A stretch of 64,000 nt of DNA from Lentisphaerota bacterium (GTDB lineage: Bacteria; Verrucomicrobiota; Lentisphaeria; Victivallales; Victivallaceae), in NCBI GenBank assembly GCA_015061615.1, contig SUWE01000002.1, positions 30,023 through 94,022 on the forward strand. Reading direction: 5' to 3'. Both the position numbers and the translations under genes were made by a program. The notes beneath the pieces were generated by a model. It was not told where the DNA came from, ran no database searches, and saw nothing but the letters and a program-made list of their open reading frames with translations. Below are positions 45,747 through 55,926 of the stretch, piece after piece. Positions within the stretch are counted from its first letter, which is position 1, and each line of letters begins with the position of its first letter.

Positions 45747-46868
45747 ATGACCGAAAGAGAATTGTGCATCGGCTTGAACATGGTTTCCGGCTTGGGATTT
45801 TCCCGTTATCAGGCGTTGATTGAAACCTTCGGGACTCCGGATGCAGTACGTCTGGCAAAGCGCGGTGAACTGGCACGGATCCCCGGTGTCGGCGGCATGC
45901 TTGCTGAACGCATCGTCTGTTTCGACTGGGATTCTGAGTTGTCCCGTGAACTGGCGGTTGCCGATCGCGGAAATGTGAAAATAATCACCTACGCCGACAG
46001 CGATTATCCGGATGAGCTGCTTAATCTTGCCGATCCTCCGCTGTGTTTGTATATCCGTGGAAAGCTCCCGGAAAACTTTGACCGGAGCATCGCCATCGTC
46101 GGCAGCCGCAGAGTTTCACGTTATGGTCGTGATATGGCGGAACTGCTTGCAAAACAGGCGTCTGATGCCGGATTTCACGTATTTTCCGGACTTGCCGCCG
46201 GAACCGATACGATAGTTCACAAAAGTGTTACAGCCAACAAGGGAAAAACTGTCGGCGTGCTTGGTGCCGGCTTGATGCACATGTACCCGAAGGAAAATAT
46301 TGCCCTTGCCAGAGAAATAATTGCCAATGGCGGAGCTGTAATAAGTGAATTTCCATTGAATTTCCCGATCAGCCGTCATAATTTTCCGCGGCGGAACCGT
46401 ATCGTTGCCGCAATGAGCCGCGCGACCGTAGTCGTTGAAGCCGGAGTTGACAGCGGCGCATTGATAACAGCACACCTTGCAGCAGAGATCGGCAGGGATG
46501 TCTTTGCTGTTCCCGGCAGGGTCGACAATGCACAGGCAAAAGGCTGCAATCAACTGATAAAAGCAGGCGCGGCACTGGTGGAAGATTTTGACGATATCCT
46601 GTTTGAACTTGATTCCTGCGGCAGGGTGCGTACTCTCGGCTGTAATGTTCTCTGTAATGAAAACGAACCGGATCTGCCGCCGGAGTGCATGGAAATTTAT
46701 CTTGAGCTGCAAAACGGCGAAGCTGATTTGGAAACTTTGCAGGAGCGTACCGGCAAAGCTCCCGGAGAGCTGCTGGCAACTTTGATGAAACTTGAAATGC
46801 AGATGCTCATCGAACGTGATTTGGATTGCTATTACCGTCTTTGCAAAATTCCGCGCAAAAAACGGTAA
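45747..46868 (+). CDS. dprA: DNA-processing protein DprA (Smf)
   Basis: IAIVGSRRVSRYGRDMA...SGLAAGTDTIVHKS...VVVEAGVDSGALITA...GRDVFAVPG. Confidence 0.9.
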   Translation: MTERELCIGLNMVSGLGFSRYQALIETFGTPDAVRLAKRGELARIPGVGGMLAERIVCFDWDSELSRELAVADRGNVKIITYADSDYPDELLNLADPPLCLYIRGKLPENFDRSIAIVGSRRVSRYGRDMAELLAKQASDAGFHVFSGLAAGTDTIVHKSVTANKGKTVGVLGAGLMHMYPKENIALAREIIANGGAVISEFPLNFPISRHNFPRRNRIVAAMSRATVVVEAGVDSGALITAHLAAEIGRDVFAVPGRVDNAQAKGCNQLIKAGAALVEDFDDILFELDSCGRVRTLGCNVLCNENEPDLPPECMEIYLELQNGEADLETLQERTGKAPGELLATLMKLEMQMLIERDLDCYYRLCKIPRKKR

Positions 46869-46871
46869 AAA

Positions 46872-48530
46872 TCACTTTTTGTGCTGACGGCACAACTCTT
46901 TTGCATGTTTGAGCGCAGACTCCCCGCCGCCAAGCATACGCGCCAGTTCCGGCGCAGGATCATCCAGCTCACAGACAGTTGATATTGTTCTGCCGTCTCT
47001 TTCCTTCTTGTACACAAGAAAATGGTGATCTCCGCGCGCCGCAACCTGAGCAAGGTGGGAAATGCAGAATATCTGCCGTTTTTTACCGAGTTCATGGAGT
47101 TCTTCAGCTACTTTATTGGCAGTTTCTCCGCCGATATTCATGTCGATCTCGTCAAATATCACCGTCGGAACATCATCAGCATCCGCAAGCACAGTTTTCA
47201 ATGCGAGCATCACCCGTGATAATTCCCCGCTGCTGGCGACTTTGCGAAGCGGACGGAGTTCTCCTCCGGCATTGGCATTGAAAAGCAATTCGATGCGGTC
47301 TGAGCCATTTGCTCCGGGAGGAACAGTTGAAAACTCAACATCAAACGAGGCATGTTCAAAGCCGATCGCAACAAGTTTTTTGCGTGCAAGTTCAATAAAA
47401 GTCACGGCTGCGGCTTTCCGTGCGGCGGAGAGTTTTGCGGCTGCGGAATCAAGTTTTTCGGCAAGAGCTTTTTCTTCTTCGGCAAATTCACTGCGCCTTT
47501 TTTGAGCATCTTTGTATTTCTGCAATTTTTCCGTCGCGGCATCGCGCGCGGCAAAGACCTGTTCCAAGGTCGGACCGTAACGCCGTTTCAGGGTATGCAG
47601 TTCGCTGAGTCTTGCTTCGGTTGCGGCAAGAGATTCCGGATCAAGGTCGATTTTTTCCGTCAGTGCCGCAAGCGAAGATGACAACTCAGAAACAGAATTT
47701 TGCAGTTCCGCGCAGACAGAAACCGCATCAGTGACTAACGAGGCATCGATTTTTTCCAATCCGGAAAGATGATGATAGACTGTTCCAAGCTGATCGGCTA
47801 TTCCGTCTTCATTTTCGGTAAGCATTCCGGTCAGCATGGAAATCGTTTCAAGCACCAGCCGTGCATTGGAACCGATGCGCTGTTTGGCTGAAAGTTCTTC
47901 GTCTTCATCCGGAGCTGGATTGACGGCAGATATTTCCTCCACAATCAGAGCGCAGCGGTCAGCTTCACCGGCATCGGGCAGATTACTTTCAAAAGCAGAT
48001 TTTTCAGCGTTCAAAGCCCGTATTTCAGCAACAGTGTCGGCACACATTTTCCGCAATTCGGCAAGATCGGCAAAATTGTCCAGCAATTCAAGCTGCCGCG
48101 CCGGAACAGTCAGGGATATTTGTTCGTTTGCACCGTGAAGATCAATAAGACGGCAGCCGATATCGCTGAGCAGACGTGATGAAACCTGAATATCGTTGAT
48201 GAAGTTTCTTGTTGCACTGGCAGATACCACGCGCCGCAGAGTAAGTTGCGGTTCTTCGGCAGAAAAATTTATTCCGGCTTCTTCAAGCTGCGAAGATATT
48301 CCGGCAAGCAAAGCCGGAGGAACTGTAAACTCACCGCTGACGGTATAACTTTTGCATCCGGAACGGATACCTCCGCGTTCAACTCTTTCTCCGGTAAGCA
48401 AAGCTATTGAATTCATCAAAATAGATTTTCCTGCTCCGGATTCTCCGGTGATGACCGTAAATCCGGAAGAAAATTCTGCCTCAGCACGCTCAATCAGTGC
48501 GAAGTCATTGATTTTCAAATAATTCAGCAT
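46872..48530 (-). CDS. recN: DNA repair protein RecN
   Basis: 552 aa. MLNYLKINDFALIE...VITGESGAGKSILMNSI, a coiled-coil middle, and C-terminal ASSGELSRVMLALK...IFDEIDMNIGG. Confidence 0.95.
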   Translation of the reverse strand: MLNYLKINDFALIERAEAEFSSGFTVITGESGAGKSILMNSIALLTGERVERGGIRSGCKSYTVSGEFTVPPALLAGISSQLEEAGINFSAEEPQLTLRRVVSASATRNFINDIQVSSRLLSDIGCRLIDLHGANEQISLTVPARQLELLDNFADLAELRKMCADTVAEIRALNAEKSAFESNLPDAGEADRCALIVEEISAVNPAPDEDEELSAKQRIGSNARLVLETISMLTGMLTENEDGIADQLGTVYHHLSGLEKIDASLVTDAVSVCAELQNSVSELSSSLAALTEKIDLDPESLAATEARLSELHTLKRRYGPTLEQVFAARDAATEKLQKYKDAQKRRSEFAEEEKALAEKLDSAAAKLSAARKAAAVTFIELARKKLVAIGFEHASFDVEFSTVPPGANGSDRIELLFNANAGGELRPLRKVASSGELSRVMLALKTVLADADDVPTVIFDEIDMNIGGETANKVAEELHELGKKRQIFCISHLAQVAARGDHHFLVYKKERDGRTISTVCELDDPAPELARMLGGGESALKHAKELCRQHKK

Positions 48531-49768
48531 TGAGCATTCTCCGGAGCATCAAGCAATTCATAAAGCAGGTAAAATGCGTTGGCGGCGGCGCGTTCCCGAA
48601 TCATTTTACGGCTGCCGTGCAAACGCAGTTCCTTTACAGCGGTAAGCCCGTTGACACAAGCGGCGATATAGACCAGACCGACAGGTTTTTCCGGAGTTCC
48701 GCCGCCGGGACCGGCGATCCCGGTAGTGCTTATGGAACAGTTGCATTTGAGAGCTTTGCATGCTCCCTGTGCCATTGCTTCGGCGCATTGAGAACTTACT
48801 GCCCCGTAATTTTTGAGGAGATCTTCATTTACACCGAGAATATCCTCTTTGGCACTGTTTGCATAAGAAACGATACCTCCCTTAAATATATCAGAAGCAC
48901 CGGGAATGGAGACAACTGTATCCGCACAAATCCCGCCGGTGCAGGATTCCGCACAGCCGAAGGTGAAATTTTTTGCCCGAAGTTTTTCCAGAAGGATAGC
49001 CGGCAGATCAAAGCAACCGGGGCCAAGTGCTGTTTTGCCGAAAAACTCCTGTGCTTTTTTTGCAGTACCATTGACAAGATCGGGATTTTTACCGCTGAAA
49101 AATATTTTTGTTCCACCGGGAACCGCGGTATAGGCAAGTTCGATATCAAGTTCACCAAAAAGATTTTTTGCGTGTTTTTCGACGAAGGCTTCTCCGGCGC
49201 CGCAGATGAGAAATCCGGTGGTGTAAAGTTTTTCACCGGCTGTTTTTTCAAGTTCACAGAGAATCCCGCTGTTCAAAACGGTCTCAAACTCCGCCGGAGG
49301 TCCCGGCAGGATATAGATACGGCGCATTTTTCCGGCATATACCGTTTCAAAACCGATCCCGGATGCAGTTCCGGCGGGATTGTCAAAATATCTGCCGTCA
49401 GCGGGGACCATTGCCTGTTTATATTGAAATTTCGGACAGTGTCCGCTATGACGCATTGCCCAGCGTTTTTCGACTTTTTCCTTCAGCTCCGGAACAATGA
49501 CAAGTTCCAGACCGAAAAATGCTGCAACAGTTTCCAGTGTGATATCGTCGGCAGTCGGTCCCAAACCGCCGGAAATGACGAGCGTATCAGCTGTTTTCAA
49601 GGCGCACCCCAAGGCAAAACAGAGTTCATCAGGGTGATCGCCTATGGAAAGTTCCATTACAGGCGGCAGAGCAAGTTCAGTAAGTTTTGCACCGAGAAAC
49701 TGCATATTGGTATTGCAGCATCCGCCCTTGAGCAGCTCAGTTCCGGTACATATAACGGCAATAGACAT
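48524..49768 (-). CDS. cinA: CinA-family competence/damage-inducible protein (MoCF-binding domain plus PncC-type nicotinamide-nucleotide amidase domain)
   Basis: IAVICTGTELLKG N-terminus, ISGGLGPTADDIT, and the C-terminal ESCTGG motif. Confidence 0.9.
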   Translation of the reverse strand: MSIAVICTGTELLKGGCCNTNMQFLGAKLTELALPPVMELSIGDHPDELCFALGCALKTADTLVISGGLGPTADDITLETVAAFFGLELVIVPELKEKVEKRWAMRHSGHCPKFQYKQAMVPADGRYFDNPAGTASGIGFETVYAGKMRRIYILPGPPAEFETVLNSGILCELEKTAGEKLYTTGFLICGAGEAFVEKHAKNLFGELDIELAYTAVPGGTKIFFSGKNPDLVNGTAKKAQEFFGKTALGPGCFDLPAILLEKLRAKNFTFGCAESCTGGICADTVVSIPGASDIFKGGIVSYANSAKEDILGVNEDLLKNYGAVSSQCAEAMAQGACKALKCNCSISTTGIAGPGGGTPEKPVGLVYIAACVNGLTAVKELRLHGSRKMIRERAAANAFYLLYELLDAPENAQC

Positions 49769-49874
49769 AAAAAAACTCCATCGGTTCAGTTATTTTACAT
49801 AATATAGTATGGGAAACTGTCTCTTGCAACTGCCGGACAGAAAATTTTCCCAAAGTTAAAGTGTATGGCATACA

Positions 49875-49903
49875 TTGAAAGTTTAACAGACAAATGCTAT
49901 ATT
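49875..49903 (+). promoter_or_regulatory. Candidate sigma70-type promoter of pdxK
   Basis: TTGAAA (49875-49880), a 17-nt spacer, then TATATT (49898-49903). It lies 37 nt upstream of the ATG. Sequence pattern only. Confidence 0.35.
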
Positions 49904-49939
49904 ATTCTGTCAATCAGTAAAAAACAGGAGAATATTGAT

Positions 49940-50776
49940 ATGAAAAGAGTCCTTTCCATTCAGGATATTTCGTGTGTCGGCAAGTGTTCACTGACCGTTG
50001 CCCTGCCGATCATCTCAGCAGCAGGAATCGAAACAGCAATTCTGCCGACAACAGTGCTTTCAACCCATACCGCATTCAAAGGTTTCACATTCCGCGACCT
50101 TACAGATGATATTGATCCGATCATCGCACACTGGCAGCAGGAAAAAATCGTTTTCGACGGTATCGGAACCGGATATCTCGGTACTTTCCGTCAAATCGAA
50201 CTGGTGGAAACGATTTTTGAAAAATTCAGCCACGAAGGGATGCTCCGTTTTGTTGACCCTGCGATGGGAGATAACGGCAAACTTTACGTCGGTTTTGATG
50301 AAGCATTTGCCAAACGCATGGGGAAATTGTGCGGCAAAGCTGACATCATCGTTCCGAACTTGACGGAAGCGGCATTTATGCTTGGGGAAAAATATATGGA
50401 AAGCGGTTACACCCGCGAAGATATACAAGCCCTGCTAAAACGTCTGTGCGCACTTGGCTGCCCGGTGGCGGCGCTTACCGGAGTATCGCTTGAAGAAGGT
50501 AAATGCGGAGTTATGGCATACGACAGCCGCACCGGTGATTTCTGTGAATATTACAGCGAAAAACTGCCTTATTCATTTCACGGAACCGGAGACGTCTTTT
50601 CCAGTGCGTGTTTTGCCGCCCTTATTCATGGTCAGAGTTTGGAAAAAGCACTTGCCACTGCGGTCGAATATACCGTTGAATCCATCCGTCAAACCGTTTC
50701 TTATGAAGGTCACAACTGGTACGGTGTCGATTTTGAAAGTGCCATTCCGCGACTGCTTGAACTTCTTGCAAGATAA
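49940..50776 (+). CDS. pdxK: Pyridoxal/pyridoxamine kinase (PdxK/PdxY family)
   Basis: ATG 49940 follows AGGAG. SIQDISCVGKCSLTVALPIISAAGIE and the ribokinase-fold C-terminus GTGDVFSS. Confidence 0.8.
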   Translation: MKRVLSIQDISCVGKCSLTVALPIISAAGIETAILPTTVLSTHTAFKGFTFRDLTDDIDPIIAHWQQEKIVFDGIGTGYLGTFRQIELVETIFEKFSHEGMLRFVDPAMGDNGKLYVGFDEAFAKRMGKLCGKADIIVPNLTEAAFMLGEKYMESGYTREDIQALLKRLCALGCPVAALTGVSLEEGKCGVMAYDSRTGDFCEYYSEKLPYSFHGTGDVFSSACFAALIHGQSLEKALATAVEYTVESIRQTVSYEGHNWYGVDFESAIPRLLELLAR

Positions 50777-50812
50777 AATCTCTTTTCAAAAGCTCTGCAA
50801 GAAATAAAATAC

Positions 50813-50847
50813 CCCGGAAACCATATTTGGCTTCCGGGATATTTTTT
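50813..50847. terminator. Hairpin terminator between convergent genes
   Basis: CCCGGAAACC (50813-50822) pairs with GGCTTCCGGG (50829-50838) with 1 mismatch. A T6 run follows at 50842-50847. Confidence 0.65.
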
Positions 50848-50863
50848 GATTTATGGCGTTCTA

Positions 50864-52180
50864 TCAGCCTTTGATACGCTGGTCAAGCACGCGTTTTGCC
50901 TTGCCTTCACTGCGGGCGATAGTCTGCGGAGCAACAAGTTTCACCCGGATGCGCAGACCGATAACAGACTCAACTGCTTTAGTGATATTGCGCTGAAGAG
51001 ATTCAAGGACTTTGACCTGATCGGAAAATGCTTCAGGACTCATTTCAACATTCACTTCGATATTATCCATACCTTTTTCAGTTGTCAGGATAATGAGGTA
51101 ATTAGCCGTAACCCCCGGAACAGTCAGCAATGCGGACTCGATCTGAGAGGGGAACACATTCACTCCGCGGATAATAAACATATCATCACTGCGGGCGGAA
51201 ATACGGTCGATCCGGCGGATCGTTCTGCCGCATTTACAAGGTTCGGCAATGATCCGGGTCAAATCGCGGGTACGGTAACGGATCATCGGCATGGCATATT
51301 TGCTCAGAGTTGTCAGCACCAGTTCGCCCTGTTCACCGTCAGGCAGAACTTCACCGGTATCCGGGTCGATGATCTCAGGGTAGAAATGATCTTCAAAAAC
51401 GTGCATTCCCTGATGTTCAGTACATTCGATCGCCACACCGGGACCGATTATTTCAGAAAGCCCGTAAATGTCGAATGCTTCAATCCCGGAACCGGACTCA
51501 AGCTGTTCACGCATTCCCTGCGACCACGGCTCCGCGCCGAAGATACCGACTCTGACCGGAAGATCACGCATATCGATACCGGCAAGTTTTGCCTGCTCGA
51601 TAAGGTGCATAAAATAACTTGGGGTACAGCATACTCCGGTAACTCCGAAGTCGCGCATCAGCATGACCTGACGCTGAGTGTTGCCGACAGATGCGGGAAC
51701 GACCGTGGCACCGAGCGCTTCACTGCCGTAATGCGCGCCGAGTCCGCCGGTGAACAAACCATAACCGTAAGCGATCTGGATGATATCCTTTTCACTCAGT
51801 CCGGCGCCGGCAAGTCCGCGTTTCATGACCTCCGCCCAAACATCCAAATCCTCTTTGGTGTAAGCAACGACAATGGGTTTTCCGGTAGTTCCGCTGGAAG
51901 CGTGCAGACGCACCACCTCGCTCATCGGAACGGCGCATAAACCAAACGGATAAGTGTCACGCAAATCTATTTTTTTGGAAAACGGAAGTTTCTGAATATC
52001 CTCAAGAGCTTTGATATCGGAAGGTTTGACACCGTTTTCATTCATCCGGTTACGGAAAAATTCAACGTTGTTGTAAGCATGTTCCACAATTTTTTGCAAA
52101 CGTGACAACTGAACCGCACGCAACTCTCCTACAGGCATGAAGTCTGCCGCACAACAATCGTTTTTTACCTTCAAATCCAT
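50864..52180 (-). CDS. Phenylacetate-CoA ligase family (PaaK / coenzyme F390 synthetase-like adenylate-forming enzyme)
   Basis: ATG 52180 follows GGGGAAAG. LHASSGTTGKP AMP-binding motif, and YGLSEIIGPGV. Confidence 0.85.
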   Translation of the reverse strand: MDLKVKNDCCAADFMPVGELRAVQLSRLQKIVEHAYNNVEFFRNRMNENGVKPSDIKALEDIQKLPFSKKIDLRDTYPFGLCAVPMSEVVRLHASSGTTGKPIVVAYTKEDLDVWAEVMKRGLAGAGLSEKDIIQIAYGYGLFTGGLGAHYGSEALGATVVPASVGNTQRQVMLMRDFGVTGVCCTPSYFMHLIEQAKLAGIDMRDLPVRVGIFGAEPWSQGMREQLESGSGIEAFDIYGLSEIIGPGVAIECTEHQGMHVFEDHFYPEIIDPDTGEVLPDGEQGELVLTTLSKYAMPMIRYRTRDLTRIIAEPCKCGRTIRRIDRISARSDDMFIIRGVNVFPSQIESALLTVPGVTANYLIILTTEKGMDNIEVNVEMSPEAFSDQVKVLESLQRNITKAVESVIGLRIRVKLVAPQTIARSEGKAKRVLDQRIKG

Positions 52181-52259
52181 TTTTTCTTTCCCCGTTTTCG
52201 GTATTGGAATCAATTAATGTTCTTTTAATATAGCACAAATAATCTTTTTTCGCAAGCAT

Positions 52260-52865
52260 TCAGCGGCTTAAACTCTTTGATTCGGCGCAGTATTTGCGAT
52301 AATTTTTCATAATTACCTGTACATAATTGCGCGTTCCCGGAAAATCAATGCGCTTGACAACTTCTCCATCGGGAGTATCCGGTTTCCAGCGATTGCTGTT
52401 TTTAGCACCCGCATTATATTCCGCAAGCGCAAGTTCGATACCGTGGCGATACTTTTTCCATTTTTTGAATGCCCGCCCGAGATACCAGCAGCCGATTTCC
52501 AGATTCAATTCCGGATTAAACAGTTCCAATCCGGCAGGCCGGCGTTTGTTATTCACTCTTGCCCAATCTGCGACAGCCCCAGCCGGCAGGATCTGCATCA
52601 AGCCGATCTCTCCGGCTTTACCTTCTGCCTCATGGTCAAAACCGCTTTCTTTGCGCACAACGGCGCGAACCAGCTCCGGCGGCAAATCATGCTTTCTGGC
52701 AGCAGCGGAAATTTCGGCGGCATATTTTGTATCATCAATAAACCAATCGTTCAATTTACTGCGGGAAGTCCGGTTTACAGCCAGATATACCAACAATACA
52801 AAAAGCGATGCAAACCAGAGCAGATACCAGCGGTATTTTTGACATTTTTTCAAAAAATTTTTCAT
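52260..52865 (-). CDS. Lytic transglycosylase (SLT domain) with an N-terminal membrane anchor
   Basis: VVRKESGFDHEAEGKAGEIGLMQI catalytic-Glu motif, and AEYNAG. ATG 52865 (MKNFLKK). Confidence 0.85.
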   Translation of the reverse strand: MKNFLKKCQKYRWYLLWFASLFVLLVYLAVNRTSRSKLNDWFIDDTKYAAEISAAARKHDLPPELVRAVVRKESGFDHEAEGKAGEIGLMQILPAGAVADWARVNNKRRPAGLELFNPELNLEIGCWYLGRAFKKWKKYRHGIELALAEYNAGAKNSNRWKPDTPDGEVVKRIDFPGTRNYVQVIMKNYRKYCAESKSLSR

Positions 52866-52953
52866 CAGCAGTATTCCGGATAAGAAATCACCCCGGCTGC
52901 ACAAAACAGGCAGCAGGGGCAATGTTCAATTCCGGATCCGAAGGAAAATGCCA

Positions 52954-54744
52954 TCAGGCATTTTCCTGAGCTTTTTCCGGTTTCTTGGGAAGTTTGACTT
53001 CGATATGCAGTTCACGAAGCTGCTTGAGAGTAACTTCGCTGGGAGCATTCATCATCAGGTCTTCCGCCTGCTGATTGAACGGGAAGGCGATGACTTCACG
53101 GATGTTCGGCTCGTCAGCCAGCAGCATCACCAGGCGGTCAACTCCCGGAGCAATACCGCCGTGCGGGGGCGCACCGAGTTTGAAGGCGTTGATCATGCCG
53201 CCGAATTTCTGATCGACAGTTTCCGGACCGTAACCGGCGATTTCAAAAGCACGGTACATGATTTCCGGACGGTGATTACGAATCGCACCGCTGGAAAGTT
53301 CAACGCCGTTGCAGACAATATCATACTGCCACGCAAGGATATCCAGCGGAGCTTTGGTATTGAGAGCTTCCATTCCGCCCTGCGGCATGGAGAACGGGTT
53401 GTGACTGAAAATGATTTCTCCGGTCTCCTCGTCTTCTTCAAACATCGGGAAGTCGACGATCCAGCAGAACTTGAATTCATTCTGATCAATAAGATCCAAA
53501 CGGCGGCCGAGTTCAGGGATGACCGCTCCGCCGATCTTGCAGGCAACCTTCTCTTTGTCAGCGAGGAAGAAGAGCGCATCGCCGTCTTCGACTTTTCCGG
53601 CGGCTTTCAAACCGTCAATAACTTCGCGGGAAAGGAACTTGACGATCGGGCTTTTTTCAGTGCCTTCACTCCAGATGATATATGCCATACCTTTGGCGCC
53701 GTTTTCCTGCGCAAAAGCGATCATATCGTCGAAGAATTTACGGGGCTTGCCGGCAACATTCGGAGCTTTGATGGCACGGACAACACCGCCGTTGGCAACA
53801 GTGGAAGCAAACGCCTTAAATTCGCTGTCACGGAAATATTCTGAAACATCGATCATTTCCAGCGGGTTGCGCAGGTCGGGTTTGTCGGAACCGAAACGGC
53901 TGATCGCTTCTCTGTAAGGAATGCGGACGAAGGGATCGGTGGAAAATTTCTTGGTGGAAAATTTCTTGAGGATATCCTGAAGCAAACCTTCAACAACAGC
54001 AAAGATCTGATCCTGCTCGACAAAGCTCATTTCGATATCAAGCTGATAAAATTCACCGGGACTGCGGTCAGCGCGGGCATCTTCATCACGGAAACAGGGA
54101 GCTATCTGGAAATAACGATCAAAACCGGAAACCATCAGCAGCTGTTTGAACTGCTGGGGAGCCTGAGGCAACGCGTAGAATTTACCCGGATGCAGACGGG
54201 AGGGAACGAGATAGTCGCGGGCGCCTTCCGGACTGCTGGCGGTCAGAATCGGAGTCTGGAACTCAGTGAATCCCGCACCGGTCATGTAAGCACGGATGGC
54301 GGCAATAACTTTACTGCGCAACAGAATGTTGTTGTGAAGTTTTTCTTTGCGCAAGTCAAGGAAACGGTACTTGAGACGCATCGCTTCAGGAGCATTGTCA
54401 TCTTTTGCCACCTGGAAAGGAATAACATCGGCTTCACCGAGCATTTCCATTCCGGTTGCGGAAACTTCGATTTCTCCGGTGGCAAGTTTGGGGTTGACAG
54501 TACCTTCGGCGCGCTCGACAACGACACCGTCAAACTGAACAACACTTTCCACGCGCCACTTATCAAGAGCCTGATAGAAATCGCGTTCAGGGTCGATGAC
54601 GATCTGAGTCAGACCGTAGTTGTCGCGCAGGTCAATAAAGATGACACCGCCATGGTCGCGCACGCTGTGGATCCAACCGGAAACACGCACTTCTTTACCG
54701 GCATCGCTTTTACGCAATTCGCCGCAAGTATGGGTACGATACAT
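52954..54744 (-). CDS. aspS: Aspartate--tRNA ligase
   Basis: [11 protein letters not shown] start, with ATG 54744 (the ORF-track start 54753 is TTG). [10 protein letters not shown] (motif 2 region) and [12 protein letters not shown] (motif 3). Confidence 0.95.
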   Translation of the reverse strand: MYRTHTCGELRKSDAGKEVRVSGWIHSVRDHGGVIFIDLRDNYGLTQIVIDPERDFYQALDKWRVESVVQFDGVVVERAEGTVNPKLATGEIEVSATGMEMLGEADVIPFQVAKDDNAPEAMRLKYRFLDLRKEKLHNNILLRSKVIAAIRAYMTGAGFTEFQTPILTASSPEGARDYLVPSRLHPGKFYALPQAPQQFKQLLMVSGFDRYFQIAPCFRDEDARADRSPGEFYQLDIEMSFVEQDQIFAVVEGLLQDILKKFSTKKFSTDPFVRIPYREAISRFGSDKPDLRNPLEMIDVSEYFRDSEFKAFASTVANGGVVRAIKAPNVAGKPRKFFDDMIAFAQENGAKGMAYIIWSEGTEKSPIVKFLSREVIDGLKAAGKVEDGDALFFLADKEKVACKIGGAVIPELGRRLDLIDQNEFKFCWIVDFPMFEEDEETGEIIFSHNPFSMPQGGMEALNTKAPLDILAWQYDIVCNGVELSSGAIRNHRPEIMYRAFEIAGYGPETVDQKFGGMINAFKLGAPPHGGIAPGVDRLVMLLADEPNIREVIAFPFNQQAEDLMMNAPSEVTLKQLRELHIEVKLPKKPEKAQENA

Positions 54745-55080
54745 AATTTTCAATCCTTATATTTTTGTCCGTACAGAAAAAATCGCTTATAATATAACAC
54801 CGGAATACAAATTTTTCACCCCCATTTTATAAAAAAAGAGAGAAAAAAAACGGCGCAATGCAGCAAAATAACACAGATATCCCATAATTTTTCAAAAAAA
54901 ACAGGTATTCCCCCATGTTTGAGCGGGAGAAAATTGCACTCTTCCCGGTAATGCGGACAGGGGGGAAATCAACAGTGCAAAAGGAGTATTTTCATATAGT
55001 TTACACCATATGAGGTAATTTCAAAACTAATTCAAAAAGAGATTGAAAAATCAGTGTTGAAATTGCCTCTGAATATGGAA

Positions 55081-55123
55081 CAAAAAGCAACGGGCTGTTG
55101 CAAAATTTCTTGCAGCAGCCCGT
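55081..55123 (-). terminator. Rho-independent terminator downstream of the isomerase/oxidoreductase operon
   Basis: ACGGGCTGTTGCAA (55090-55103) pairs with TTGCAGCAGCCCGT (55110-55123), with one G-U pair. On the minus strand TTGCTTTTTG follows. Confidence 0.65.
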
Positions 55124-55142
55124 ATTTTTTACTCAAACAGCA

Positions 55143-55904
55143 TCAATCGAAGAAGTTTTCCGCGATATAGTTGTAGCTGTTACGCAGTTCATCGAACGGA
55201 TCAGCTTCGTAGCTTTCATCCTGTTCAACGATGAAATATTCAACTCCGCACTTCTCACCGGCGGCAATGATTGATTTCCAATCCAGATTGCCGGCACCGA
55301 TGGAGAACATACGGCGCTCATTTTTGACGATTCCGTACTCTTTCAGGTGCAAAAGCGGCTGTCTTCCGGGGAAACGGTTGATCCAGTCAACGGGGTTATG
55401 TCCGCCGGCCTGGATCCAGAAGGTATCGATTTCCGCCTGCAATGCCGGGGCATTGTTATAAATGGTATCAAGGATCAATTCCCCGTCAAAACGTTCAAAC
55501 TCAAGCGCATGGTTGTGATAGCAAAGCGTGATCCCCTCTTTTGCCATCATTTCCGCCGCCGCATTGATTTTTGCGGCAACATCCAGAACTATTTCCTTTG
55601 ATTCAAAAGGTGTGTGCGGATAAGGATATGCAGTATAACGGCAGTTGAGATTTTTCAACTTTTCAATGACCTTTTCAGTTTCATTGCAAATCTTTGAACC
55701 CGCTTCATGGGTGGCACAGATCACCAGACCGTTATCGGCGGCGATTTTTGCCAGTTCCGCATCGTCGATCGGTCCCATTCCTGAAACCTGAATGGCATCG
55801 TAACCGATGGCTTTGACTTTCGGCAACGTTTTTGCAACATCTGCGGGAGTCTTGATATATTCACGCAAAGTATAAAGCTGTGCAGCCAACTGTGATTTTT
55901 TCAT
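55143..55904 (-). CDS. Sugar phosphate isomerase/epimerase (xylose-isomerase-like TIM barrel)
   Basis: 253 aa. AP_endonuc_2-type pattern: YDAIQVSG...ICATHE...LCYHNHALEF...LHLKE. Confidence 0.8.
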   Translation of the reverse strand: MKKSQLAAQLYTLREYIKTPADVAKTLPKVKAIGYDAIQVSGMGPIDDAELAKIAADNGLVICATHEAGSKICNETEKVIEKLKNLNCRYTAYPYPHTPFESKEIVLDVAAKINAAAEMMAKEGITLCYHNHALEFERFDGELILDTIYNNAPALQAEIDTFWIQAGGHNPVDWINRFPGRQPLLHLKEYGIVKNERRMFSIGAGNLDWKSIIAAGEKCGVEYFIVEQDESYEADPFDELRNSYNYIAENFFD

Positions 55905-55926
55905 TTTTCCATACCTCTGTTAAAAA

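Noticed and set aside
54754-55142. A 390-nt gap upstream of aspS might hold a T-box, an sRNA, or the 32-codon ORF at about 54915-55013.
   Set aside because: I recognise no T-box specifier/antiterminator features or conserved RNA motifs. The small ORF has no convincing RBS. The only supported elements are a terminator hairpin and the recurrent 13-mer, both reported separately.
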